Assembly (NCBI GenBank): GCA_050084515.1
Contig: CM114271.1
Location: 16,430,001-16,494,000, forward strand
Length of the DNA stretch: 64,000 nucleotides
Origin: Blasia pusilla
Taxonomy: Eukaryota
Direction: 5' to 3'
Position 1 is the stretch's first letter, and each line of letters opens with the position of its first letter. The position numbers and the translations under genes were made by a program. The notes under the pieces were generated by a model, which saw only the letters and a list, made by a program, of their open reading frames with translations, searched no databases and was not told where the DNA came from. Below, piece after piece: positions 25,230-38,411 of the stretch.

Positions 25230-25812
25230 CTTGTTGGTGTTTTCATTGCTTTTGTAGGTTGGCACTTCAACATATTTCTTCAATTCTAAAATAAATTTTC
25301 AATTTCTCAAATTAATCGGTCTCATGTACTCTCAAATGGTCATGCTCTATAATCTTACAAGCATAGAACACCTCCAATTGAACATTGAACCTGAAATCAA
25401 TTTCTCGATTTCCTCTTCATCTTTTAGTCACAAAATCACCATTTACATTTACATTCCAAAATCAGGTAGATCTCAATTATAAACATGCTCCAAAGATCTA
25501 ACTCCCCTCTTTCAAAATTCTGGCACAATATTCACTCAAGACTCCCACGAACTCAAGCTCCATATCTCTAGGGAAGGCGATCAAATAATCAATGAAGCAA
25601 TCTGCAAGATCGGCGCATGCGAATTCCTTCTCCATGGTTGTTGGCAATAATTTTTGTGTAAAAGGCGACTAAAAGGTTGTAGGTTGATAATCCACCTAGA
25701 GGAGTCGTGATTTCTCGTAGTTGCGGTTGGAAGATTGCAGTCCAATGAATGACCCTAGTAGTCGCCGTGATCATCGAGAAGAAAAGTGTCACGAAATTAT
25801 GACGACTCTAAC

Positions 25813-26092
25813 ACATACTCATCTCTTTTTTTCTCATCATCTGAGCTATCCACATGTCCATCACACGTGTATATTAATTACTTTCTCCCCCCACCACTCT
25901 CAAAGGGCCGTACGTTGGTTTCTATATGTGGGTGCCAAAATCGTGATTACTACTTTTACGTATACTCGGTCATTTTTTTCTCACCATCTACGCTATCCAT
26001 ATATCCATCATGCGTGCATATTAATAACTTTCTCTCCCCACCACTCTCAAAGGGCCGCACACTAGGTACCATAAATGGGTGCCAAAGTCATG
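25813..26092. repeat. Diverged two-copy tandem repeat, unit about 148 bp
   Basis: Shared blocks TTTTTTCTCA.CATCT, CCACCACTCTCAAAGGGCCG and GGGTGCCAAA recur about 148 bp apart. Confidence 0.85.
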
Positions 26093-26260
26093 AACTTTTT
26101 GGTTATAATGGGAGAAAGAGGTGGAGAGAAATCTTCACCAACACATTTTGGTTATGATTGGAGAAAGAGGTGGGAGGTAAAGGGCGGAGACACAAGCGAA
26201 AATGAACTTTTTTTCACCATATGCAAAGTGACCATTTTGAAGGGCCGATATAATTAGTCA

Positions 26261-26431
26261 CCTATATTATTATGGGAGAATGCCTTCTTGATTTGCAAAC
26301 ACTTCTTTGCTTGACATGTGGCAACCGGAAAAAAAAATGTTTTCTCATCTATGCACAACAACAAGAAAAATATTTTGTGTCCAACATGATTAGTCCCTTC
26401 ACTTTCGTGCATGGCAAAGACCGCCCACTAG
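26261..26431 (+). mobile_element. Non-autonomous mini-Helitron (family A), 171 bp
   Basis: A|CCTATATTATTATGGGAGAATGCCTTCTTGATTTGCAAACAC...CGTGCATGGCA...CTAG|T. Homologous to 6971-7184. Confidence 0.75.
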
Positions 26432-26696
26432 TTTGTTGAGTAGACCTTCTCCGCTTCACATAAAGAGGGTTAACTACTAGAAAACTTCGGGGGTTTGAGA
26501 ATGAGATCGGTCAATGACAGTGGGAAGTGATGCGCCTGCAGCTGCGTAGGAGAGGAAGTCGAGCACCAGTCTTTGAGAGCCAAAGGTGACTCTTGGCGTG
26601 GTAGATTCACCAGGTCTGTTGCTAGCATGTTAGAAATGGAGCATACTGGATGGGGTTCCATCTCACTGAGGCTTGAACTCTGCTGGGATTCAACAG

Positions 26697-26900
26697 TCTG
26701 AACCCTAAATTCAACGAAAGGCTGAGCGACCTTCAATGATGCTACTAATCCCGATCATTTCCTGTCAGCAGGAAGGGGTAGTAGTACCCCACGACTTGTC
26801 TGAACCCTAAATTCAACGAAAGGCTGAGCGACCTTCAATGATGCTACTAATCCCGATCATTTCCTGTCAGCAGGAAGGGGTAGTAATACCCCACGACTTG
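26697..26900. repeat. Recent 102-bp tandem duplication (one mismatch)
   Basis: 26697-26798 versus 26799-26900. Confidence 0.95.
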
Positions 26901-29900
26901 AGAACAGTTTGAACAGAGCGTCCAGAATCTGAACTGCGGGATCATTTCCCTGGAATGAAAGATTGCTTTGCTCATGGAGTCCAGCATCGATGATTATGAC
27001 TTCGGATCTGATGAGTAGGATGACTTGCTGGTGTCGAACTGAAAGATGAACCCTAAATCGTCCGTGAGTACTGATTAGAAACCCAGAGTGGAGAAGGCTG
27101 TCTTGTTGATGCACGAGCAAGAATTGAGCAAGAGACCTGACAGAGCAAGGTTCATGTTTCCATCGTCTCACATGGTCCTGGTGCTACATTCATGAAAGAA
27201 AAAACCATTCATCGGCACTCTGCCCGTCATGAGTACGTTAGTGACGAGTCTCTCACTGAAGAAGGCTGGGTATGACGACCATTTCTTCGCGGGACACTTG
27301 AACAAACGCTTCGATTTGTCTGCTACTCTCTTTTCGAGATACGAATTACTAGTGGAAGGACTCTCTCTCTTCGCTTCTCGATCCTCTCAGGTAGAATTAA
27401 CGATTTTACATCACGACGTCGGCGACATGAATACATTGCAAGCATTGCCTGTCACTCTGCACGGAGTCCGCACAGTGCATCGTGCATAGTTCCACCAGAG
27501 GATTCCCAACGCGCGTGATCGGCAAGAGTCGCTCTGCGGTTAGAAAGGAGCGAATGTGACCATCGGATGAGGACTGGCGAACTGAGAAGGTTGCTCTGAA
27601 CCACACATGACTTGATTTACGCTTACCCGTAACCCCCGGCAGAATGACATCATTAACCAAAAAAATTCGTCGATGGTCTCACTCGGTGCACATTTGGAAG
27701 CGAGGACTATGCTTCCAGACAAAGCTGATCGGTGAATCACAGGAGGTTTTGTGCATCCTGCGATCGGCGTCATTTTCGGATGTGTTCTTACGACATTAGT
27801 AGCATACGCGGAGGGAGAAATTACGAAGCTTAAAGAGTGGGAGACTTACCTGTGCATTGTCACGGCCAGAGATCTGTACCGGTCGCAGAATACTCTCTGA
27901 TGCTGTTGCCAATACTCGAGACAGCCAGTGTATCTATCGTCCATAGACTGGTGCCAGCATACCGGTGTCTGTGATGGACATGACATAGACCTGGCAAGAA
28001 ATTCTTCAGCTTGTGGTGGGTGGTTCATGAATCCCCATGAAGCTCTCAGTTCACCAGAAGAGGAAGTTATGATTGATGCGCGTGATGCTATGGAAGACTA
28101 TCAACCATAACTCCGTCTCCGAGTGACCTCAGCGCTTCAATTTCTCACGATTCGCTACTGTGATCTCTCGTAGCAATCCCTCGCAACTTAAATCGTCTAA
28201 TCCGAATCGGATTAGAGGTATGCGATGGAAATCGAGAATCTGGAAAATGGAAACCACATAGCGAAAGGCTGCACGAAGAAGGAACCGAAGACTTCGAAGG
28301 CCGTGACTATCTGTCGTTTCTATAATTATATTCTTTTCCCTCCCACAACGCAACTTCAACTGCTTCCGTTTGATCCGAGTGGCGTACGAAACGTGGAAAA
28401 TCAGATTCGGATGTGGAGAGCAGAGATGCGGAAACAGGACATAAAGAGACGAACGAATCAGGATCTCCCCCGGGAAGCCTCTGCGAAGCATCCCTCCTCC
28501 GCACGCATTCGATCGACTCCATCTCCGACTTCGGACACGTGCAAGTCGGCAATGGGAAACGGGCCCTGGGCGGAACTCTGGAAACGTTACAATTGTTCGC
28601 ACGCGATGAGTAACTCGTCGACCCCAACCGCTGTGGTCCGGTGCTTACCAATCAAGCCGGTATAATTTCCTGCCGTAGAGGCCTCACTACAGTATCTCGA
28701 GCCTTTCCCCCTGATATAATTCTTTCTTTCTCTTCCGTAGGAGCGGAGCATGTCACGTTGCATCGTTAGAAAGGCTTCTTCCCCATCCATGCAAGAGTGC
28801 TTTTGCCTTTCAAATTCCATAGGCACGCTGAGCCTACACGCAGCAGTATCCCGAGACCCTGAGCCCTTTAAGACCATACGCATCCGTATCCCAAGCCCGG
28901 CACCGATGACGAATCCGTTCCATGTGAGACTTGAGGAGAAAGGCGCGATGGGTTTTTATACCTCCTGACCTGGTAGCTGCTACCGGATGGTTGTCGATGA
29001 GATGAATTGTAGGCGGTGGTGGTAGTAGTAGTAGTCAATCACGCTCGCGGCTCGGCTGACATGTGGTCTTCTGATTCGCTTCATGTCCGTCTATCGATCG
29101 ATCTCATCCCAGCTTTGGCTCTAGCGGTCTCCGTGTCCAAATCGAAGCTTCCTACTCAGGTGAGGTCGGGTGTGGCCTTAACTGTTCAGACATTTACTTT
29201 TGTGTACTGTGCTGCACTGTACTGGACTGTAGTGTCGTGATTGCGAGGATCGGATCTATGGATTCATGAATCTATTTAATTTCAATGCTCACTGCTGCTC
29301 TCTTGGCTCTCCAAGAATCTTCTTACCGGGGCCTGATTGTACTCTCCGATTGCCAGCCGTTTTTGAAGAAGACTCTGGTTTCCCGGAGCTCTCGACGGCT
29401 ATTCTTCGGAGCGCGCGGGAATGGAGTCTTCCCGATCGGCACTGGCACCTAGGGTTCGCGGGATTAGTGAATCTATACGGTGCTCTTCTCCTGACTTCCC
29501 TTCCCTACCCTACCCTACCCGACCCGACCCGACCCAATCCTGCCATTCTGCCTCAACTCCGCACTGCGCATTCATCTTTCAGCTGCTGGAGGACTCCAGA
29601 CATTTTACATACAGCTTTCAAGGTGTTTAGGGCATTCAAGAATCCTTTCGGTGCTGTCTGTCTTACCTGTCTGGCCGTGTCTGATTCCTCTCTCGAGTTT
29701 CCCATTGTCCACTTGTGAGAGAACTCTTGCTCACTAGAGCGTTCAAGACTCGCGAGCCATTCTGAGAATCTGTGCAGCCGCAGGGAATTCAGCGGCCTTC
29801 CACTTCGCAGTGCCATGAAGGAAAACCCTGCGAGTCAGAGACTCCCTCAATCAGCCAGCCAGCCCCGTCAGTCTCCATGTCGAGTTACTCACTTTCTGTC

Positions 29901-30324
29901 TCGCCGCGAGGGATGCCCTGGAAATTGGAACTCGGACAAACACCAATGATCGCCATGATTCGTACATTATTATAGACAGATGATCGATCGTCCTTGCACC
30001 GAGAGAATTAAGTGTTTCGTGGATCACATTGACTGGAAGCCCCGACTCGGACGATCTGTCTGGGGGATTCATTGATTCGTTCATTGTTGCGATGAGGCGG
30101 GAAGCGTTTTATTTCGGAGTTCCTCGCGCCATTGCATTCGACTCGCGCCGCCATCTTGTTCCCCATGTGTGTTCTCTGACTCTAGTTTTGGGCCATATTG
30201 CCTCAGCTTCCGCTTTAAGGGTTGGCACTAACCTTAACAAGTTTCCTCATGCTTAACTTTAAAAGAACGTCATATTAGGGTAATATACATCTTCAAAATC
30301 GACGTTAAATGATTTCAAACTCGT

Positions 30325-30492
30325 ATTAGTATATAGCCCACCACACGGGAGTGAAGGGAATATAAAAATGCACACATATTTTAATTTCTTTTTCCTTGCG
30401 GTTTATAATATGGGAAATATTTTCTTGGAGTCCAATTGTCAAGTATACGTGTGTTTGCAAATCAAGAAGATACTTTTCAAGAATAATATAAG
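30325..30492 (-). mobile_element. Degenerate mini-Helitron family A copy
   Basis: Contains GTGTTTGCAAATCAAGAAG...AATAATATA (family A 5' block) and GTGAAGGGA. Termini are eroded. Confidence 0.5.
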
Positions 30493-30530
30493 TGATCAAA
30501 AATTGGAGAGGGTTGAATTTGAAGTTGTAA

Positions 30531-30701
30531 CTAGTTGGTGCCGGTACATGCATGCACCAATGTCTAATCTTAAATGTACAATTGAATTTGAGGGATCCTA
30601 TTAATCTAAACAACAAATGACTTTATTGACTAAAGAGACATGTGTCAAAAAGAGAGGTGATCTCAAAATGAAGAGGCACTCTCCAATGATATAGGTATAG
30701 A
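30531..30701 (-). mobile_element. Non-autonomous mini-Helitron (family B), 171 bp
   Basis: Minus strand TCTATACCTATATCATTGGAGAGTGCCTC...GGTGC..GCACC hairpin..CTAG, between A and T. Confidence 0.75.
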
Positions 30702-32469
30702 TTAGCAAAAACACTACGTGTTCGGGGAAGGAGACTTAGGAGAGGTGCGTAGCACTCCACCATAGGGAGAGCTCTTTATACTTTTCATTAACAACCACCT
30801 CTTGGTCTCACACTTCTCCTATGGCCTTTTCTTGGGACATTAGTGACATCTAATTATCTTAGTGGATGACTTGTACATTGCATTCTTTCCTTGAATGATA
30901 ACGATATAGGTATTGAATATAATATTGGAAGAATATATCCAATATGGATACTTGGGAGCTAACCCTATCATGACCTTATGGTGTGAAATTTTACATGTCT
31001 CTTATGTTTAATTTTACCCCATATTAAGATAAATAGTAGAATGATCAAAAGGTTTTAAGGGTTAGATTTATTTTTGTTTGAAGAAGTTTTAAATCTTAGA
31101 AAAGATAAATAGTAGAATCAGGGTATTTAAGTTTAGTTTGGGGGAAAATTAAGTAATCTTTTGGGAAAAATGAGAATGGATGATAGAAATGGCGGGATAA
31201 GAATTATTCTTCAAAATAATGAAATTTACTTTATTCTAAGTCTTTTGAATTTTCAAGGTTGGTTGGGAGGAAAAAATTTCATATTTTTGTTAAAAAATAA
31301 TCAAAGGGTGATTTTCTTTTCTTAGTTGAGAGATTGAGAAAAATATGATCTATTTCTACGTCATCTTTTTGGATTTTCAACTCTAGAAATTCAACACGTA
31401 TCCAATGGCTTCACATTCTCATCCTCCATATGTTGGATTTTTTCTTTTCCTCCATTTGATATAGTGCATCGCACATGCAACAAATTACTAATGTTCTCTC
31501 ATGTCCTTATGGGTCTCTTGCTCCCAATTTTGATCAAATGCCGAACATGATGCTCCAAAGAATATTATGCTCTGTGTATATTATTATGATTCTTACATTA
31601 AATTCACTAATAAATCATTTGAGATTAAGTTTTACGGTTAATTTGGAGTTCTTTTCATATATTGGATTGGATGGATGAAAACAAAAAAAAAATCACAAAA
31701 AGATTTAATGGACTTCCAACAAAGGAAAATTGACTTGGTTGATTTTTTTATTAAATATTTTTATTTTTGGCCATGGTCGGAATTGTGATATGAAAATTTT
31801 CCCCAATTTTATATTTTGGGCCAAATGTTTTAGATGGTGGAAATTTGACTTGAAACTTTGTTATGGGAAATTTGTAGCAAACCCAAAAAATTGCAAAAAT
31901 ATCATCTGAAGACCTTGGAAACATATTGCAATTCTGGAGTTTAACTTGCAAGAAGATAATATATAAAAATAGATTAGATACATTTGTGGGAAAATATATT
32001 ACGATGAAATCTAACATGGGAATATTTTAACTTATATTAGAAAGAATGATCTACATCAGAAAATATTTTATTCCTTAAGATAATAATTTACAATAAATTA
32101 TTTTGTGTCTTTATTTTGATCCACTATATAAAAGAAAGAGGTACGTTCTTTTGAACATACCTTCCAAGTTTCAACAAATGATAATCCTCCCTTGTATTAA
32201 AATATAGATATTGATAAATTTTAGACTACAAGAAAATTTAAAATAAAGATAATAATCTAGTATGCAAGAAATGACCTCTCTTGAAATTCTTGATTTTTTA
32301 TTTATGCATCTCTTTAATTTTTTATTTGTGTTATTATCTCTTGTTCCGTGACTCTAGTTTTGAGTGACATAGCCTCATTAACAATATTGGAACTCTTATT
32401 AGACATGGTTTTTGGATTCATGAAGATATTTCGGCTATTTTCTACAATTGAAAATAACTTTTGGAATTT

Positions 32470-34460
32470 TGATGGAATCTCCGGATAATCAATCAATAAC
32501 CTCCTCCCCAAATGGTTGCATACTTCATTGTGTTCCTATATTATGAAATTGCTAAATTCTTCAAAATACCGTGGGTATGACTCTTTGAAATATATACATC
32601 CTCATAGAAGATGCTAGCATCTACTCATAGAAGTTATTGAGCTTCATCGTCTCATTAACATTATAAAAAATGAACGTAGCTAAATCTGGCTCTTGCTGAA
32701 AAACCAAAAAATTAAGGCAAAAAGGATCCCAAAGATGCTTGCATGCTAAACCCATATCCCATCTTTAACAATGGTTGATGTGGGTCTTGATCTTTTAGAT
32801 GACCTCCCTATAGACTGTAGTTGTGAAAGCCCCTTTACACCATCTTGAGAACACACTCGACTAGACCATCTATCTTAGGATGATATTATGATATCCTATG
32901 ATGGTCGATAAATGCTTTATCACGGAAGATTTGAAACTCCCCGTAAAGCTTGAGGCTATGGTACGTCAACATTTATGCTAGTGTCACATACTAACTCATG
33001 CTATCTATGTGTCTTGTATTCTATCGATTACCATTGAGACACCTAAATGGTAAGCTTGCTCACCATTTGCATCTATTATTGCCTTAGCAAGGGGGTTAGA
33101 GGGAGATGGGAAGGTACTATACATGTACTATTCTTGTGGCATATGGTTGAAGTTGCATTAGGGTTTAGATTCATTCCACTTGCGTAACTTTAGGCTCGAG
33201 GAGAGAAGCTTGTAGAGTTCATGATGTACAATGAGTGCAAATTTTAGTAGAGCAATATGATAGTATTTAACCGTGGATGCAACTTTTAGATAAGAAGTAA
33301 TCCACGTATATCATATGTGATTTATTTGAGTGATTGTCCAATTTTCTTCCAACAACTAAATACTTTGATGAGAAATTTATATATTGCTCCCTCACTCACC
33401 ATGTGGGGGAATGCAACCAACTCTATCCACTTCGAGAAGTTCTCGACCATCACCAACATTTATCAATTATGGAATTTTGTCAATAATTAAGGGCTTGAAA
33501 TTAAAATCCAAAGTCCATTTGTAGCCTAAACTCATTATTGGAAGTGGATGTAATTGTACATGTGAAGTTGGAGCATTTAATGATGCAAAAAAAAGGCAAT
33601 GTGTCAAGCTTCCCTATAAGTTTGTTGGATCCCATCAGCTCGTGTCAATGGTTGATCATCAAGGAGTTACCAAACAAGAACATCTAGAATGGATGATGAT
33701 CCACACTACAATGAAACACTCTCCCTTATTCAAGTTTTATTTCACCTCATCAACATTTTTTAGCGGCTAGCCTAAGCCACTATAAATTCTCTATCATGAT
33801 CGTCATGTTGAGTAAGAACCGTTCCAAATCTCATTAGACTCTTATCTGTATATATTTCGAAATTATCCCTTGTAATTGATCTCCGCAAGATAAACGTGGC
33901 CTCCGATAATTCCTTAAAAATTTTAAATACTCTCTCTTACTCATCTCCCCACTACCACTTTTGATCCACTTTTGTAAATAAGGTTAGAAGTTTTGCAATC
34001 GCAATGAATCTCTTGACGTATCATCGATATAAGTTTTCCAATTCCATGAATGCACAAACTTGACTCACATACATAGGGCATGTAATGCGTGAGATAGGCC
34101 CTACCTTCTTTTTATGAACACCAATTCCACTTGGGTATATCATATGACCCCAGTTGAATGGGTGAGATAGGCCCTACGTTCTTTTTATGAACACCGATTC
34201 ACTTGGGTATATCGTATGACCCTAGTTCTCAATCTGGTCATAGAAGAACCTACACTTGTGTGGATGTAGCTTCACCTCATGTGATTGCAATGTAAATAGC
34301 TCTACAAGGTATTGCTCATCACAACGCAACAATTGGCGGTACGTTGCAGATACAGACATCATGACATGATACTCGATCAAGTAGAGTGGCTACCAATCAC
34401 TATGCATGGCAAAGAAAAAGTTGAAACTCAAACCTATCAATAAAAAAAAACTCAAACCCA
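32470..34460 (-). mobile_element. Old, internally deleted relative of the DNMT/PHD Ty3 element (leader + RT/RNase H + integrase remnants)
   Basis: Reverse complement aligns by eye to 56020-56150 (34310-34450), 61670-61900 (34000-34290, with an internal ~72-bp duplication), 62060-62260 (33630-33820) and 63150-63640 (32470-32980). Confidence 0.8.
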
Positions 34461-37080
34461 TCATAAGGCGGCCAATGCATGCTTATTTGGTGAATATTGA
34501 TCGATAATGAGACAAGAGTCCGAGTCACGATATCAACAATAGCAATGAATGATGGTCAATGACTTAGAATTGTAGATGGTCACTAGTGTTGCATGGCCAT
34601 ATCCGACAACAATGAAAAAAAAAGGCGACGAAGGGCGAAAAAGTGGCAATGATGATGGCTGAATATTTTTTATGGAGGCCCTTAAAATATCAACAACAAG
34701 CCTACGGTGGATGATGATTCGCTGAAAGGTAGGTGTGTGGTTGACTAATGGAAGAAAGTGAAATAGTGACAGTTACAAGCTAGGAAAAAGGGGATGAGAA
34801 ATGGGGAAAATGGATAGATGGAATAGTGATGGGTGCAAGCATGTATACACTTGTCAATATAGGCAAAATGCAAGGGCGACCAAAATTTGAGTGGAGGGTG
34901 AACCAGGTCAGTTGCTATGCCATGAGGTCATGAGTATTGCGACTACAAGATGACCTTGATTGCGATATGCTTGGAAAAAATGGCATATTGGTAGCCAATG
35001 CTTCTTGATATGCTGTTGAAAAGCCACTCCATGCAGTTTGGGACTACGAGGGAAATAAGGGGAGGGTGGCTTGAAGGTGGCCCCCTCCCTTCGATCTCCC
35101 AATGCCCTTTTTTGATGAACTACTTGAGGTTCCCCTACAATTTTGGGTCAATCTCTCACAAAAGAATATGTTACTTACAACCCCCCACACAAGTTTTTCC
35201 ACTCCACTACCCTCCAAATTAAAATGTGAACTTTTCACTCAATATATGACCCTTCAAATAACTATGTACTCCAAAAACTTCTAATTTGTTCTCCCACATA
35301 GTAGAATTGGCTGGCCCTACACGCCCAGATAAAAATAGCATGTCGTTTGAATGAAAAAATGTGTGGCTCCGTATACTCCAATACCAAGACCTTAGAACGA
35401 TTTTATTTATTTTTGGCCTAAGATCTACTTATAGCTCTCTCTTTTTCCAACATAGGATAAAAAATTATACATATATCTATTTTTAAATTTTTAAATGATT
35501 ACTATTTTAATATTAATTTATTCTATTAATCAAAGGTGCTCTATTATTAGGATAATATCATAGGTGTGAAATGTGTCATATTATGAACTAAGTGATTTCA
35601 AAATAAAGTGTATAGTTTAGAGGTGAAGTAGAGTATTAAAAGAGCTTGGGAGGAAATTTTCCTTTTTAAAGAGAAAGAAAATGAAGTGGATGAGGTTTTC
35701 TTTTTTATTTTTCTAAAAATGTGAAGTTTTATTTCCTAAGTAAGGCGGTATGAGTGGAAGTTTCCAAAATGATACAAAAGGGCAACATAGACCATGGTGT
35801 AGTGCATAATAGTTAAGAAGGAGGAGTGAATTATTTTTCCTCTTTTAAAAATAGATAGATGGGAGATTGGAGCAGGACAAAGTTGAGAGGATATTAATTC
35901 AAATTTGTTTGTTCCGGAAACAAGGAAGTGTTAAGGGTGGATACAACGATTCATTTTAATTTCCCAATGATAAAAATTTAGATATTAGTTAAGTGAATGA
36001 GGAAATTTTATTTCTTCTACTTCCATGACCATGCTACTCACGGTGAGGATATTCTTTTTTTAATGTTTTAAAATTTTATTTAAATAATTTTCTTCTTTGG
36101 TCCTAAACCCTTAATAAACTTCCATGTCTCCACTCTCTTGTCCTAAATAATTTGATGTCCTCCTCCAAATTTTACATCCACCAATGTGTCAAACCTCAAG
36201 AGAAAATTCAAAATCAAAATAGTACAAAATCTTACTGTACATGCCATGTCGACAATGATAATATGGGTGAAATAAGAAAAGTGAAGGAGAGGGGAGGTTT
36301 TTTTAATCAAGCAAGTTTATTCGTTTTTCTTAAATAAGTAGGTAGGAGTGGGAAGTTTCCAAAGGGAAGCTAGAAGGGGAGGGGCATAGAAAAGGTGGAG
36401 GAGAAGTAAAGTTTAAAATGAAGAGGTGGAATACATAAGAGACAAGAAGGGGGGATCCATGTTTTTCAATATTGATCTATTCTATTATCGAAAGGTATCC
36501 TTTTCTCTTCGTTGCGACATAATATGATACAAGTTCTATTACAAGACAAAAAAAACTTCAAAATAAACCATTACTAATCTATGTTATTACCTATGTTAAG
36601 GATAAAAGATTGTAAATTGGTCTTAAAACATCAAATGTCCTTTTCTTCGGAAAAATAAGATGTTTTTTGTCATTAATGTTTACTTATAAGTTGCCTTCGT
36701 ATATACAAGTGGGATTATTTCTTATGAAAGAAGCAATCTAAATCTTTATCAATTTATTGCAACATTTTTGTGTGTGTATCTTGACAGATACTTTGATTAC
36801 TTTCAATGTTTATATTATTCTTTTCTTTCTTAGTTTCTTTCCTTAAAATTGGATCTTATATGCAATCCACATCACTCCAATAATCAATGTGTGGCCCTTT
36901 TTTTATGGAATGGGTAAAAACGTGTGAATGGATGCCAAATTTAATATAAGTACACACGAGCCTAGAAATTTCAGGTTTGTATCCATGTGGTGGGATTAGA
37001 ATGGCATTTGATGGAAGAATGGCATGAACAACAAAATCTTAAAAAAATATTCCAAAGAATGTCTTTATGAAAATGTATTA

Positions 37081-38257
37081 TCTATATAATTAAAAGAGGA
37101 TGGGGTTAGAGGAAACCCTTCCTTCGTGTGACACCTGCTCCCTTTTAAGATCCTTCTATCTCTGACATTTGTAAGTTTTAAGACCCTTCTATTATTAACA
37201 CATGTCATTTAAGGATAATTAAATGAAGAGAGAAAACTATCTAACCCAGATAACATACTTGTTTTCTATGAGATGTGATTGCAACTCATTCCATGTAATA
37301 TTTTTCCTGAGTGATGCACTCACTTGATCGATGGAAATGAAAATACTTCACAAATGGAGAATATAATGAAAGCATTACATCCGACATAGGTTGAAATTAT
37401 AAAGTTGAAAAATAAACAATAAAGATAAGTCTTTGCTTAAATATATGAAGAATCATGAGACTCTAATTTTGATTTTTATCTCTTCCCTTATTAAGTAAGA
37501 AAGAATTCAATTATCCTTATTTTTCCTACCTATCTCTTAATTAGTAAAAAAATGATTCATTTTGATCCAAAGTTTGTCTCAAACTATTCTTTAGAAGTCC
37601 CTCACCATTCAAAGCTTTAAATTTTTTAAAATAATTTTCATCTTTTAGAAAAATATTGGAATTTCCAATATTTTGATATTATATTTATATTTTTTTATAA
37701 ATTAAGATTTAATTTCCCTTCCAAAATTAAGTTGAAATTGGAATTTTTGTTTTTTTCTGAATATTTAAATAAATAATTTAATTTTGAAAAAACAATTAAC
37801 ATGAGAAAGACTCCTATCTTTAGATGAAGATTTTCTTTAAAATTTTTAAATTATTGGAACATCCTTTCTATTTAAATTTTGTCAGACTTTGAAAATCTTC
37901 ACACGTGGCCTTCACATGGGAACCTTTGAGACCCGTTGCCTTGTAGGCAACGGGTCTCCATAGCTCTGCAGCGCGTCCAGGAAAATGGGTTTCTGCGGCG
38001 GGCTCAGGCGATTGGAGACGCCATGCTAGAGGTCCACTTAGTAATAATCATAGTTCTCTAGGTGTTGCTGATATTATCTCTGTTGTTGGTGATTTTGTTC
38101 GTTATGGGGAAGGCCCTTTCTTTCTCCTCGGGGCTGGTTCTGACCTCTTGAAGTCTATTTCTTGGCTCTCTATGCCCCCTCTTTTGTATCGTGATGGGTT
38201 TCCATCCTTCTTCTACATATATTTTATTTCTCTCATGGGAACATCCATCGAATATGA
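37081..38257 (+). mobile_element. Candidate non-autonomous Helitron hosting a non-LTR insertion
   Basis: A|TCTATATAATTAAAAGAGGATGGG 5' end resembles the 5' end of 38258-38411. Degenerate CACGTG..CACATG hairpin near 37902-37920. 3' end uncertain. Confidence 0.4.
37924..38233 (+). mobile_element. Short 5'-truncated copy of the RLE non-LTR element, with a 9-bp TSD
   Basis: 37942-38230 matches about 14907-15200. Flanked by CATGGGAAC at 37915-37923 and 38234-38242. Confidence 0.9.
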
Positions 38258-38411
38258 CTAGTAAAATACACGGGTGAAAATCACCCGTTTCTTAATTTAA
38301 ATTCAATGACCATTTTATTAATTCGAGTCTATTTTCCACGTGAAAAGCCACAATACATACGTGTCATCACGAGAGGACGGACCCGTCCTCTTTTGATTTA
38401 ATTATTATAGA
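38258..38411 (-). mobile_element. Non-autonomous mini-Helitron (family C), 154 bp
   Basis: Minus strand TCTATAATAATTAAA...; perfect ACGGGTGA/TCACCCGT hairpin (38270-38288) 8 nt before the terminal CTAG; between A and T. Confidence 0.8.

Noticed and set aside
24994-25283. ORFs with ER/SL dipeptide runs
   Set aside because: Translation of the (GA)n microsatellite.
26736-26803. C/D-box snoRNA-like ATGATG...CTGA
   Set aside because: The C box is imperfect and the D box is created by the tandem-duplication junction.
28842-28866. Partial complementarity to miR390 with a central bulge (target-mimic or TAS3-like)
   Set aside because: Only 13 of 21 positions pair, with mismatches at both ends; no second site or tasiARF sequence recognised.
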